63,843 nucleotides of DNA, filler included, from Octopus bimaculoides (GCF_001194135.2; 8 parts of 7 records of this genome joined end to end with filler, not necessarily neighbours in it); one strand, 5' to 3'; positions 39,061 to 52,022 are shown, counted from the first letter of the whole stretch. Numbers and translations are program-made. Notes: generated by a model not told the origin, from the sequence alone.

Positions 39061-40285
39061 AGAATCAATATCCTAAAACCTTGGTAATGCTTGTTTGTGA
39101 GGGGTTTTGACCCATACCTATCTCTCCTCTTATATCATCCCCTAACACCCATCACTTCTTTATCACTTGAGAGCAGAAATAGGCACATACTATATCCACC
39201 TTCTTTCTCACTTGTCCCACCTCAAATCACTTCCATTTCCCATTATCTTCCCTCTGCCTACTGTCTCTACCAATCACCTCCTTTCTGTGCCTTCTCTCCC
39301 CTGATGTAAACATTTTGGTTATCTACTATCACCCTCAAAGCCCTCACATATCTACTACAACCCCCACCCCAAGCCTCTCTTATATTTCAATCCATCACTT
39401 GCCACAGTTACCTCTATCCTGCTCACTCACCCAGTTCAAACTGCTGCATCACCATCTTATCTTACTCTCTAACTCACCTTCCTTTCTTTTCCAGCTAGGG
39501 TATCCATGTACCTACTCCACAGTAACACACCTATTCTTGTCCCTCTATACCATTCGTGACTACAGTAAAATTCACTGTGGTTTATTCCACTAAGGTAAAT
39601 TCCACTATAATAAATTCCACAAGGAAAATAATGGTCTATAGAAAATTAGTTACACACACCCTTGTTACACACTTCTTAACTAATTAGTTTTTAGTTAAAT
39701 TCCCCTTGGAAAATTTCACTATAGGTAAAATTCACTGTGGTATATTCTACTAAGGTAAATTCAACTACAGTAAACGGTCTATAGAAAACTAATTACACAC
39801 GTCCTTCTTACACACTTCTCAGCTAATTAGTTGTTAGTTAAAGTATAGGTTTCTGCCATTGTTGCTCATTTTTTAACTGAATTTCACTGTACTGCTAATT
39901 TTTTTTTCTATTCAGTTTAATTTTGAACTTTGAAACCCTCAACCATGGCAACATTTATAACATCAGAGAAGAACAAACGTAAGTTTTGCGACAAAGAAAA
40001 TCCTGTATACAAAAAGAATGGAGTTAACAGTAGCAAAACAAAAATATATTGGTGTTGTGAATGTTTTTACAAAGGTTGCCAGGCTAGACTACATACAACT
40101 TTCAACTCCAGTATACCAGAAGTTATTTTTTTCAACAGGCTCCCATAATCACTCAGCAAGCAGTGCACATGTTAATACCCAAAAGGCAGTTAATTCAATG
40201 AAATGTGAAGTAATGAGAATAGGCACAGTATCTTCACAGTATCTTGTACTGCTGTACAAAATCTTGATGAGGGAGTACAATCATT

Positions 40286-43200
40286 CAGTTCTATATTTAA
40301 GAGATGAGGAATTATGTACATTATTTATATTATTTACATTTGATGGATATTTGTTCTCATCTTGTTTATTGTTAACACAACATTTCAGCTGATATACCCT
40401 CCAGCCTTCATCAGATGTCTTGGGGAAATTTTGAACCTCGGTTCTCATTCCAAAGGTATTTTTCGATGTTATTATTATTATTATTATTATTCAGGTCACT
40501 GCTTAGAATCGTGCTCTTAACCACTACACCATATGCCCATGGGCAATTATGGAGTGAATTTTAGGGTGTATAAATCTAATATTTTCCTATCCTTCTTTAA
40601 TACCAGTTCCCATATGCTATTCATATCTGCACTCAGTCGGCTTAGGAGGTTGTTGTGTCCTAGCATATCTACTGCTTCTTTTAGTTTTCGTATTTTCCAG
40701 TGGTGTTCTCTCTCTATTATTTTAACTTCATCCCACATGGAGAGGTGGTCTCCATTTTTCCATACATGATCAGCTATACCCGATTTATCGATATCTCCTC
40801 GTGTCACAGCTTTGCGATATTTGTCTACCCTTATTTTGAAGGGCAGCATGTTTCGCTCTTGTATAACCTACCACAGCTGCATGGGATGGAGTACACACAA
40901 TCTTTGGTCATATTCTCTTCCATTGGTTTTACTTGAAAGAGATATTTGTGAAGTGTTGTATTACTCTTGAATACTGTCCTGATGTCATATGGGCCACATA
41001 TCTTTTGTATCTTTTCGGAGAGGCCTTTCACATAGGGTAGACAGACTGTGGAGTGTTTATTGGTTTCATCCTCTCTTTTCTTCATACAACAACAACAACA
41101 ACAATAACATTGAAAAATACCTTAAGAATGAGAACCCCGGTTCGAAATATCCCCAAGACACTTGATGAAGGCTGGAGGGTATAGCAGCCGAAACGTGTTA
41201 ACAGCAAACAAGATGAGGACAAATATCTGTCAAATGTAAATAATGTACATAATTCCTCACCTCTTAAATATAGAACTGTATTATCTTATCGGTATGGAGC
41301 CAACATTAGACTTCAATGGAGACATATAGAGAAACTCCATCAAAAACTAACTCGTCTTTCAAACCATCTAACTTTCTTGTGTAGATGTAGAGACTCAAAG
41401 CTAATACCACCTGGCTTGAATATAATGACACCAGTGGATTCATAGAAGAGCAGCGGAAAGGGCAGGACATGCCCTCGTCTGTGAGAGGATCCATTACAAC
41501 TGTTAGAAAAAACATCAACTAAATAATGAAATCAAAGAGAGGTTATCTTCATTACTTAGGAAAATAATCAGAGATGATGATAGAAGGAGAATCCAACAAG
41601 ATCTAGAAAAGTCGTACATGAAAGAATTTGAAATGGTGAAGACACACCAGATTAAGAAGTTTATGAAACTCAAAAGTCAGAGAATAAAGACTGTAGTCCA
41701 TCACCCACCTGTTAAAGCAGTAATTAATGTAAGTAGCTGACATCTAGAAAGCTCCGAAGAAGCAGTACTGAACAAAGGTCTCAACTTTGCGACAACCATC
41801 AAGCGCATTGCATACTTGGACATAATAGCCTCTATTGAAGAGATAGCCATAAAGATACCAAAAGCTCAGGGAGATGAACTAAGGTGGAAAGTGAGACAGG
41901 TACTAGAAAAAGCAAAATTTCCCAAACCAAACATCACTAAGGAAGAAAAGTTCGCTATCAAAAAACTACAGAGTGACAATTCTATCATAATACTTCCAGC
42001 AGACAAGGGAAATGCTACAGTGGTGATGAACAAGTCTGACTACTCTGAAAAATTGGCAAGTCTCATAAGTGATGGTAGTTACAGAAAAGTAAAGAAAGAT
42101 CCAACTCTGAAAACAGAGAGGAAGTTGTCACAGATCTTGATCAAGAATAAGGATCACTGTACACCAACGAAGTACAGAGAACTGACTCAACACTACAGTA
42201 AACTACTACACATATATGGTCTCCTTAAGATTCACTAGGATGGTATTCCATTAAGACCTATAGTGAGCTGTAGAGGTTCAGCATGTCATCCACTGAGCTG
42301 CTTCCTTGTGGATATAATCAGTCCTTTAGCAGGAAAGTGAACATCATACGTGAAGAATTCCACCCACTTCACAGAATTGATCAAGGATACCCCAATTGAA
42401 TCCAACCAGATGATGAGTCTAGATGTGATAAGTTTGTTCACCAAAGTCCCAACTGGTGAAGCACTATCAGTGATTCAAGAAAAACTAGTGACAGACACCC
42501 ATCTAAAAGAACGCACTAGTATACCAATAAGAAACTTGATGGAAATGTTGACCTTCTGTGTAGAAACTACCTACTTCAGTAACGACACTGATATATATTG
42601 ACAAGAAGAGGCTTTAGCTATGGGTTCACCATTATCACCGATAATAGCCAATATATACATGGAATACTTTGAGAATTTGGCTTTAGGAGTAACACCACTA
42701 AAACCAACCCTATGGTTGCGATATGTTGATGACACCTTTATACTCTGGCCCCACCAGGAAGATGTCCAAGTGCTGTTAGATCACGTGAACTCAATAAAGC
42801 CATCCATACAGTTCATAATGGAAAAGGAAAAAGACAATCAGCTAGCATTCCTGGACGTATTAATAACATGCACCAAGTAGGGAGTCAGGACATCCGTATA
42901 CTGCAAACCAACCTTCACTGGACAATACCTCATCTTCAATATCCACCATCCATACAGTGTAAAGAGAGGGATTGCTCAGTGACTAAAACATTGTGCAAAG
43001 AATATCAGTAGCGATTGTGATACACACCACGAAGAAATGATCAAGCTCAGTAAGAACCTATTAAGAAACAACTACCCCAAAAACATACTATCCACTCCAA
43101 TTATGAAGAAAAGAGAGGATGAAACCAATAAACTCTCTACAGTCTGTCTATCCTATGTGAAAGGCCTCTCCGAAAAGATACAAAAGATATGCGGCCCATA

Positions 43201-44001
43201 TGACATCAGGACAGTACTCAAGAGTAATAAAACACTTCGCAAATATCTCCTTCAAGTAAAACCACCAATAGAAGAGAATATGACCAAAGACTGCGTGTAC
43301 TTCATCCCATGCAGCTGTGGTAGGTGAAACATGCTGCCCCCTCAAAATAAGGGTAAACGAACATCGCAAAGCTGTGACATGAGGAGATATTGATAAATCG
43401 GGTATAGCTGATCATGTATGGAAAAAGGGAGATCACCTCCCCATGTGGGATGAAGTTAAAATAATAGAGAGAGAACACAACTGGAAAATATGAAAACTAA
43501 AAGAAACAGCACATATGCTAGGACACAACAACCTCTTAAGCAGACTGAGTGCAGATATGAATAGCATATGAGAACCAGTATTAAGGAAGGATAGGAAAAT
43601 ATTAGATTTATAAACCCTAAAATTCACTCCATAATTGTCCACAGGCATATGGCATAGTGGTTAAGAGCACGGGCTACTAACCCCAAGATTCCGAGAATAA
43701 TAATAATAATAATAACAACAACAACATCGAAAAATACCTTAAGAATGAGAACCGAGGTTCAAAATTTCCCCAAGACATCTGATGGAGGCTGGAGGGTATA
43801 TCAGCTGAAATGTTGTGTTAACAATAAACAAGATGAGAACAAATATCCATCAAATGTAAATAATATAAATAATGTACATAATTCCTCATGCACCAAGTAT
43901 GGAGCCAGGACATCCATATACCACAAGCTGACCTTCACTGGACAAAACCTCAACTTCAATTCCCACTATCCATACAGTGTAAAGAAAGGGATTGCTCAGT
44001 G
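40286..44001 (+). mobile_element. Penelope/Poseidon-type retroelement: inverted 3' copy (40286-41085,-), 5' pLTR (~41090-41280), near-complete but stop-riddled RT plus GIY-YIG ORF (~41290-43620), 3' pLTR (~43640-43888), extra RT fragment (43889-44001)
   Basis: IILPADKGNATVVMNK; MSLDVISLFTKVP; AMGSPLSPIIANIYME; WLRYVDDTF; LAFLDVLI; DCVYFIPCSCG...EHRKAV...KSGIADHVW. 40370-41085 is the reverse complement of ~43100-43835. Confidence 0.93.
40374..40418 (-). ncRNA. Minimal type I hammerhead-ribozyme motif in the Penelope pLTR (CpG-decayed)
   Basis: acat-CTGATGA-a-ggctg[gagggtatat]cagct-GAAA-tgtt-gtgt. Further copies at ~41157-41200(+) and ~43775-43818(+) carry core mutations. Confidence 0.65.
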
Positions 44002-44689
44002 CAATGGATCTGAAGATTTGTCTGATGATGAAAGCATCTCTTCTGAGTTTATCACTTATTTTGAGAATTCATACATTGGGACACAGTCTTCATCAGCGAA
44101 GAGAAACCCCAGTTTCCTATCCAACTCTGGAATATATGCAACTGCGTTTTAAATGACTTGCTAAGATCAAATAATTCGGTAGAAGGGTTCCACAATGCTT
44201 TGCAGTCATCGATAACATCCACACATCCAAATTTGTGGAAACTTTGCAATGCCCTTAAGACTGAAGAAGGTTTAAGCCAGACAAAAATTGTACACATTTG
44301 AAGTAGGGACTCGACAATAAAAAAAAAAAAGACCGCTCAAATGAATGATGCTCAACTAAAGAAGCTAACTGAGAATTATCAATCTGAAAACACTCAGCAA
44401 TTTTTAAGAAATATTGCATGCAATTTGTCATAAAAGAATTTTCTTCAAATATATTAAACTTTTTTTCATAACTTTATTTTTATGTACTCGCCATCATTTT
44501 TGTCTTAATGTGTGAATAAAATGTGATCTAAAGTGTATTCATGTTACCTATAGTGAAATTTACTGTAGTAGAATTTACCTAGAACTATACCATTAATCTC
44601 TAATCAACTGGCACAAAGCCACCCTGCCTCAATACTACTCTTCACTCCTACCTGAGCATTTTGTCTTGCAAGTTACTTGGTGACCCTAT

Positions 44690-44880
44690 CAGTGCAGATG
44701 CTGTGTAAAGAGCACCAGTGCTAGTGCAACGTAAAAAGTACTGGTGATGATATCACATACAAAGCACTGGAGCTGGTACCATGTAAAAAGCACCCAGTAT
44801 ACTCTGTAAAGCGGTTGGCACTAGGAAGGACATCCAGCTGTAGAATCCATGCAAAAACAGACAACAATGCCTTGTGAAGC
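44690..44880 (+). mobile_element. RTE 3' UTR/tail fragments (also 35167-35295 and 45600-45820)
   Basis: aaaagcacccagtatactctgtaaagcggttggcactaggaaggacatccagctgtagaa. Confidence 0.65.
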
Positions 44881-45816
44881 TCTCAGCCTTACCATTCAGT
44901 ATTGTACAAATATATCTAGAAATTTTTAGCCAATACCAAATATATAGACAGATGTAAATATTTTGTTTATATACAACATCTTTCTGGATAGAAAGCAAGA
45001 AACTAGCCAAATTAGTGATATATTCTGTAGTACAATTAAGAATATTAATATTTATATAAAGGTGCAAGAGTGGTTATATAGTAAGAAGCATGCTTCCCAA
45101 CCACATGGTTCTGGGCTCAGTCCCACTGCGTGGCACCTTGGGCAAGTGTCTTCTACTATAGCCTTGTGCCTTGTGAGTGAATTTGGTGGACAGAAACTGA
45201 AAGAAGCCTGTTGTATATGTGTATATATATGTATATGTTTGTGTGTCTGTGTTTGTCTCCCCTCCTACCATCATTTGACAACTGCTGTTGGTGTGTTCAT
45301 GTTCCCGTAACTTAGCAGTTCAGCAAAAGAGACCAATATAATAAGTACTAGGCTAACAAAGAATAAGTCCTGGGGTTGATTTGTTTGAGTAAAGGTGGTG
45401 CTCCAGCATGGCTGAAGTCAAATGACTGAAACAAATAAAAGAATAAAAATGAAAAACAGTTTGACTTAGATGTGTATTACTAAAAGTTTCTCAAATGCAA
45501 AAAGCTTGCCTGATTGTTCAGATGATGAAACATGCTTTTTGCATCTATGAAGCCTTCAGTAGTGCAGATATGAGTCAATCTACAATCCCACTCTACAATC
45601 CCACTCAGTGGTGGTGGTGGTAGTGGGGCTGTTTCTTTGTCTTGCAAGTTACTTGAACTCGTGCAAGTGTCACAAAAACAGGAAAAAAACACCCAGTACA
45701 CTCTGTAAAGTGGATGGTGTTAGGAAGGGTATCCAGCAGTAGAAACCATGCCAAAGCTGACACTGAAGCATGATGCAGTCTTAGGACCAGCAAGGATGAT
45801 GGACATTAAAAGATGA

Positions 45817-45865
<49 letters not shown>

Positions 45866-45975
45866 TATATATACANNNNNNNNNNNNNNNNNNNNNNNNN
45901 NNNNNNNNNNNNNNNNNNNTTAATTAATTAANNNNNNNNNNNNNNNNNNNNNNNNNNNNNNNNNNNNNNNNNNNN

Positions 45976-46031
<56 letters not shown>

Positions 46032-46334
46032 TCGATTTACAGGATCATGCTCAAAGTGGTTTCGTCATTCGCGCATACCATCTTTGCTACATTCATCCAC
46101 CTCTTCTTGAAACTTTCACGAGACAAAACTTGGATCTCTATTCTCACCTTCCTTTTCAAGTTGAACTTGAAAAAGTTGATGAGCGATTGGCTAGAAAGGA
46201 AAGTGTTTGTCTCTAGACCTTTCGCTCGAGTCTACTACACGCATTCTTTCACCATACCCACCAGTACGATGAACACTGCCTGGCGGAGTAATTTTCACGA
46301 TAGACTCGAGTAGATTAGGGTAAAATCTTTTGTG

Positions 46335-46520
46335 GAAGCGCGTGGCTTAGTGGTTAGGGTGTCAGTATCATGATTCTAGGATTGTGGTTTCGATTCCTGG
46401 ACCGGGCGACGCGTTGTATTCTTGAGCAAAACACTTCATTTCACATTGCTCCAGTCCAGTCAGCTGGCAAAAATGAGTAACGCTGCGATGGACTGGCGTC
46501 CCGTCCTGCTGGGGTACGCA
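46335..46520 (+). mobile_element. tRNA-derived SINE, family 3, well preserved
   Basis: A-box TGGCTTAGTGG, B-box GTTTCGATTCC, then ttcttgagcaaaacacttcatttcac...gctgcgatggactggcgtcccgtcc. Confidence 0.85.
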
Positions 46521-47535
46521 TAACTGAACATGAAAACAAATGTTAGGGGCGTACTGTTAAATGAAGGAATATTTTTTTAATAGTTAATAACTTTTAAAAT
46601 AATCTTTTTCTAATTATCGTAACTCTACCAAGTAGATTTTACAAAAGTTTATATGTATATATATATATATATATTTGAAAAATTAATGTTAACTTTTTGG
46701 GAGAATTTTCTTGCATTCGTTGTCAAACAGATCTGAGGATTGGCTTTGTGATTCGATATATAGANNNNNNNNNNNNNNNNNNNNNNNNNNNNNNNNNNNN
46801 NNNNNNNNNNNNNNNNNNNNNNNNNNNNNNNNNNNNNNNNNNNNNNNNNNNNNNNNNNNNNNNNNNNNNNNNNNNNNNNNNNNNNNNNNNNNNNNNNNNN
46901 NNNNNNNNNNNNNNNNNNNNNNNNNNNNNNNNNNNNNNNNNNNNNNNNNNNNNNNNNNNNNNNNNNNNNNNNNNNNNNNNNNNNNNNNNNNNNNNNNNNN
47001 NNNNNNNNNNNNNNNNNNNNNNNNNNNNNNNNNNNNNNNNNNNNNNNNNNNNNNNNNNNNNNNNNNNNNNNNNNNNNNNNNNNNNNNNNNNNNNNNNNNN
47101 NNNNNNNNNNNNNNNNNNNNNNNNNNNNNNNNNNNNNNNNNNNNNNNNNNNNNNNNNNNNNNNNNNNNNNNNNNNNNNNNNNNNNNNNNNNNNNNNNNNN
47201 NNNNNNNNNNNNNNNNNNNNNNNNNNNNNNNNNNNNNNNNNNNNNNNNNNNNNNNNNNNNNNNNNNNNNNNNNNNNNNNNNNNNNNNNNNNNNNNNNNNN
47301 NNNNNNNNNNNNNNNNNNNNNNNNNNNNNNNNNNNNNNNNNNNNNNNNNNNNNNNNNNNNNNNNNNNNNNNNNNNNNNNNNNNNNNNNNNNNNNNNNNNN
47401 NNNNNNNNNNNNNNNNNNNNNNNNNNNNNNNNNNNNNNNNNNNNNNNNNNNNNNNNNNNNNNNNNNNNNNNNNNNNNNNNNNNNNNNNNNNNNNNNNNNN
47501 NNNNNNNNNNNNNNNNNNNNNNNNNNNNNNNNNNN

Positions 47536-47566
<31 letters not shown>

Positions 47567-48175
47567 TCTGCATTCAGGCCATTTACAGTTTATGAAGTTC
47601 TGTGTTCTGCATTTTGGTTACAGATTTTGGTTAAGAGGAATCTAAAGAGGGTTCATGTCGCTAGTGTAGTACCTCTTACGGAAGTGCTTGTTCCAGGAAA
47701 CATATATAATCATTCACGTCTCTGGGGGTGGGGGACAGCGACGAATTTTGCCACTCAGTAAGTTCCAATAGATGTTTGCTTTGGAATCGCAATTGTTGAT
47801 CTTGAAACGAAAATTGATGTTCGATTTAGTATTTAAGTCATTGATATCTGAAAGAACGAGTTCTCTCTCTCAATCATATAATAGAGTATCAGGATGTATG
47901 TATGAGACGTTTCAAATATTTACTTTTAGAACAGTTACCAATATCTTTAGTAGAACAGTCAAGTAGGTGTTTTTACATATATCAGCTAAGATGCTCCGTG
48001 TTGTTTCGGGCGCGCTTTACACAAACACACGACACGCGCGTGCACACACACAAGCACACACACGCAGACATACATACATACATACATACATACATACATA
48101 CATCGTCACTTAAATGTGACGAAGGGTGAATTATTTCCTTTTTGGTTTTGAATTGCGTCTAGCCACCTTCATCAT

Positions 48176-48206
<31 letters not shown>

Positions 48207-48712
48207 CGAACTTCCATTTCCATCCGCCAATTCCACTCACAGAGAGAGCATTGGTCAGCTCAGAACTGAGCTATAGTCGATGCAGTCAAAGACACTTGCC
48301 CAAGTGCGTGCCAAGCAGTAGTGCTGAACACGAAATCACGTGATTGCAAAAGGAGCTTCTTAACCGTTTAAGGTCATGATTTCAAAGTTTCTGGTTTGGG
48401 TGTATTGGGATTTCACGTTTATGTTCATAATAATTTCTACTTATATAATGTGTATTACTGTATGCAGGGCCGTTTACGTAATATATATCGATACATCAAC
48501 AAACCGTTGAATTTTTGAAACTGTCCTAGAGATACATCTAGAAATATATTTTGCTTCGATGGTTTGTGTAACAACTTGCGCAAATGACAAAAATTATATA
48601 ATGCAATATATGTATACACGCTTGTCCATGTTTTGTCTCTTTATAAACAGATAAATAGATAAATAGACACATACATGCATACATACATACATACATACAT
48701 ACATACATACAT

Positions 48713-48787
<75 letters not shown>

Positions 48788-49610
48788 TATATATGCATGC
48801 ATACATACATATATGCATGCATACATACAGACAGACAGACAGGCAGACAGGCAGGNNNNNNNNNNNNNNNNNNNNNNNNNNNNNNNNNNNNNNNNNNNNN
48901 NNNNNNNNNNNNNNNNNNNNNNNNNNNNNNNNNNNNNNNNNNNNNNNNNNNNNNNNNNNNNNNNNNNNNNNNNNNNNNNNNNNNNNNNNNNNNNNNNNNN
49001 NNNNNNNNNNNNNNNNNNNNNNNNNNNNNNNNNNNNNNNNNNNNNNNNNNNNNNNNNNNNNNNNNNNNNNNNNNNNNNNNNNNNNNNNNNNNNNNNNNNN
49101 NNNNNNNNNNNNNNNNNNNNNNNNNNNNNNNNNNNNNNNNNNNNNNNNNNNNNNNNNNNNNNNNNNNNNNNNNNNNNNNNNNNNNNNNNNNNNNNNNNNN
49201 NNNNNNNNNNNNNNNNNNNNNNNNNNNNNNNNNNNNNNNNNNNNNNNNNNNNNNNNNNNNNNNNNNNNNNNNNNNNNNNNNNNNNNNNNNNNNNNNNNNN
49301 NNNNNNNNNNNNNNNNNNNNNNNNNNNNNNNNNNNNNNNNNNNNNNNNNNNNNNNNNNNNNNNNNNNNNNNNNNNNNNNNNNNNNNNNNNNNNNNNNNNN
49401 NNNNNNNNNNNNNNNNNNNNNNNNNNNNNNNNNNNNNNNNNNNNNNNNNNNNNNNNNNNNNNNNNNNNNNNNNNNNNNNNNNNNNNNNNNNNNNNNNNNN
49501 NNNNNNNNNNNNNNNNNNNNNNNNNNNNNNNNNNNNNNNNNNNNNNNNNNNNNNNNNNNNNNNNNNNNNNNNNNNNNNNNNNNNNATATATATATATATA
49601 TATATATATA

Positions 49611-50678
49611 CGCGGTGTGATCAATAGGTATCAGGATTGTTGCCATAGTAACGAAGCTAAAGTACGCAGAGTAAAGCTGCTTGGCATAGATTGACCTTGA
49701 ATTCTACTATGCATGCGCTCTAAGTTTTAACGTTCTAGCTTACTTCTGCTGTTTACAGCAGTACTTGGAAGGAATGTGTGTAGCGTGTGATCGTCGCATT
49801 GAGCATGACAGAAAGGTGAGCAGAGGGTCTGCATCAAATTTTGCCAAAAATTGGCAATACCTGCGCAGAGGCCTATGTAAAATTGCAGAAAGTGTATGGA
49901 GAGGAGTGTATGAGTCGCACACAAGTGTACGAGTGGTTCAGTCGTTTCCAAGATGGCCGAAAAAAGTTCATAGTGACGAACGTTCTGGGAGACCCGCAAC
50001 CAGCAGAACTGAGAAAAATATCACAGATATGTGTGTAGCTGTCGGGTGTAATCGTCGAATCACCATCCGTGAGTTATCAGAGGATGTGCAGATTAGTTAC
50101 GGTTCAGTTCTGTTCATTATCACTGCAGATTGGGGTATGAAACGCGTGTCTGCCAAGTTTATGCCAAAACTGCTTTCAGCTGACCCAAAAGATACTCAGT
50201 TTTCAGTTGCACAAGATCACCTTGATTGTGTTGAGAACGATGAAAACGTTTTGAAAACGGTCATAATGGGTGATGAATCGTGGGTCTCTGGCTATGACCC
50301 CGATACAAAGGCTCAGTCTTCGCGGTGGAAACCCTAACCTCTCCGAGACCGATGAAAGCACGAATAAGTCGAAGCAATGTGAAGACACTGTTGACTGTTT
50401 TCTTCGACTACAAGGGGATTGTTCTTCGTGAGTATGCTCCACCTAGTCAGACAGTAAACAAGGAGGTACTACCGTGACGTTTTGCAGCGTTTGCGGAATG
50501 CTGTCTTCAGAGAATGCCACAGTTGCATGCGTCCGGTGAGTGGCAATTGCTCTATGACAACGCACCTGCCCATTCAGCGCAGCTTGAGCAGTAGTTTTTG
50601 GTTAGACAGCATTCCCCAGGTCCGGCAGTCACCGTATTCCTCAGATCTTGCCCCTTGCGGCTTTTTCCTCTTTCCCAA
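49611..50678 (+). mobile_element. Mariner (DD34D) element, 5' TIR present, 3' end lost
   Basis: TA|CGCGGTGTGATCAA start; CIKFCQKIGNTCAEAY...EWFSRFQDGR; KRVSAKFMPKLLS; VIMGDESWVSGYDP; VFFDYKG; PYSSDLAPCGFFLFP. Confidence 0.9.
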
Positions 50679-51430
50679 TGCATCAGTGCAGATGTTGGAA
50701 CTCTTGTGAATTGATGCCTTTTAACGCCTCCGTCATTTTTTTCTTCACCTCTTCCACATCTGTAAATTCCGTAGCACCAGCTTTCGTTACCAGTGATGAT
50801 CTTTAGAAAAAGATCCAGATCAACTGCCAACTGTTCTTTCAGTTCATGACATGCAGTTGTGACTGCTTTTGATCTTCCATGAGCAAGTGAGGCGCAAATT
50901 TTGATGCAACTCTTTTCATTCGCAATTCCTCGCTCAAAATTTGTTGGCTGGAGCTTCAGGATACACCAGTCATGTCAACAACTTCGTCAATTGTTCGGTG
51001 ACGGTCCTCCAAGATCAGTTCATGAATTTTCATGCTGTTTTCATTCGTTCGGGATGTAGACGATCGTCCTGAACGAGGTTGGCCTTCTAGCAAGAAATAA
51101 CTATTCCTAAAGCATGGAAACCACTTGTAAACTTGTTTTGTTCATGGCAGTGGTCCAGTAAGCTGTTTGATGCACGACAATTGTTTCGGACGCCGTTTTC
51201 CCTAGCAGAAAACAGATTTTCACGGAAGTACGCGGTTCCATCGTTTCAGCAATCGCAAATATCGATGGACAGGGAAGAATCACTGCAAAACAAAGACGCA
51301 CCACGTGGCAGTGTGATCTCACCGGCTGTTGACTGAGAGTTGTATCAAGTAGCTTCTAGCGATGGAAGCCTGAACTACAACGGGCTTGTCCCACAGAGAA
51401 CGTTTCCGGTTACTTTTGGGTTTCCCCTCG
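50679..51430 (-). mobile_element. Second mariner of a different family, internally deleted, 5' TIR at 51430
   Basis: TA|CGAGGGGAAACCCAAAAGTAACCGG; EPRTSVKICFLLGKTASET; KRVASKFAPHLL; KIITGNESWCYG fused directly to FTDVEEVKKKMTEALKGI at ~50768. Confidence 0.85.
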
Positions 51431-51828
51431 TATATACAGTATATATATATATATATATATATGCTTATATGCGTGTATGTGTATATTATATCACATGCAT
51501 AGAAATGCGTATAGTATATAAGCTATTATGTGTATATGTGTCTGCGTATGTGTGTACATTCTATATGTGAACTTGGATCAGGTAAACTCTACTTCAAATA
51601 CGACTCTACGTATGTTGTATAATAAAACAGGACTCATTCGACAACGAAGTATATTGATCAAGAATATTTATTGTTGACTGCGGCCATGCTGGGCACCGCC
51701 TCCAAGGGTTTTTAATCGAAGAAATCAGCTCAAGTACTTATCTTATCAGTCTCTTTTGCTGAACCGGTTGCCAAGCGGTGATGGGGGACAAACACACCCA
51801 CACACGAGTATATATATATATATATACA

Positions 51829-51907
<79 letters not shown>

Positions 51908-51974
51908 TAAATAAGATGAGACAACAAATCCAAGGCAGTGTGAAATTTCTAGAACATTTATAAAGAGAAAGGTA

Positions 51975-52022
51975 GTCTTACAACTGTTTCAGAGATATAA
52001 AAGATATCCGATCATCAGAGAC
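51975..52022 (-). ncRNA. Minimal type I hammerhead-ribozyme motif (left arm)
   Basis: gtct-CTGATGA-t-cggatat[ctttt]atatctc-t-GAAA-c-agtt-g-TA-agac. Confidence 0.65.

Larger units (their letters stand above)
39555..44584 (+). mobile_element. MULE (Mutator-like, FLYWCH-containing) DNA transposon interrupted by a Penelope element; 10-bp TSD CTATACCATT
   Basis: TSD at 39545-39554 and 44585-44594; inverted ends ctacagtaaa(a/t)ttcact; FLYWCH-like VYKKN...KIYWCCECFYKGCQARLHT...HNH at 39945-40200; C-terminal EFITYFENSYIG...LWN...RSNNSVEGFHNALQ...HPNLWKL at 44003-44430. Confidence 0.85.

Noticed and set aside
46335-46420. tRNA gene
   Set aside because: Has A/B boxes but no acceptor stem or cloverleaf, and continues into a SINE body. 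The same applies to the other tRNA-like heads.
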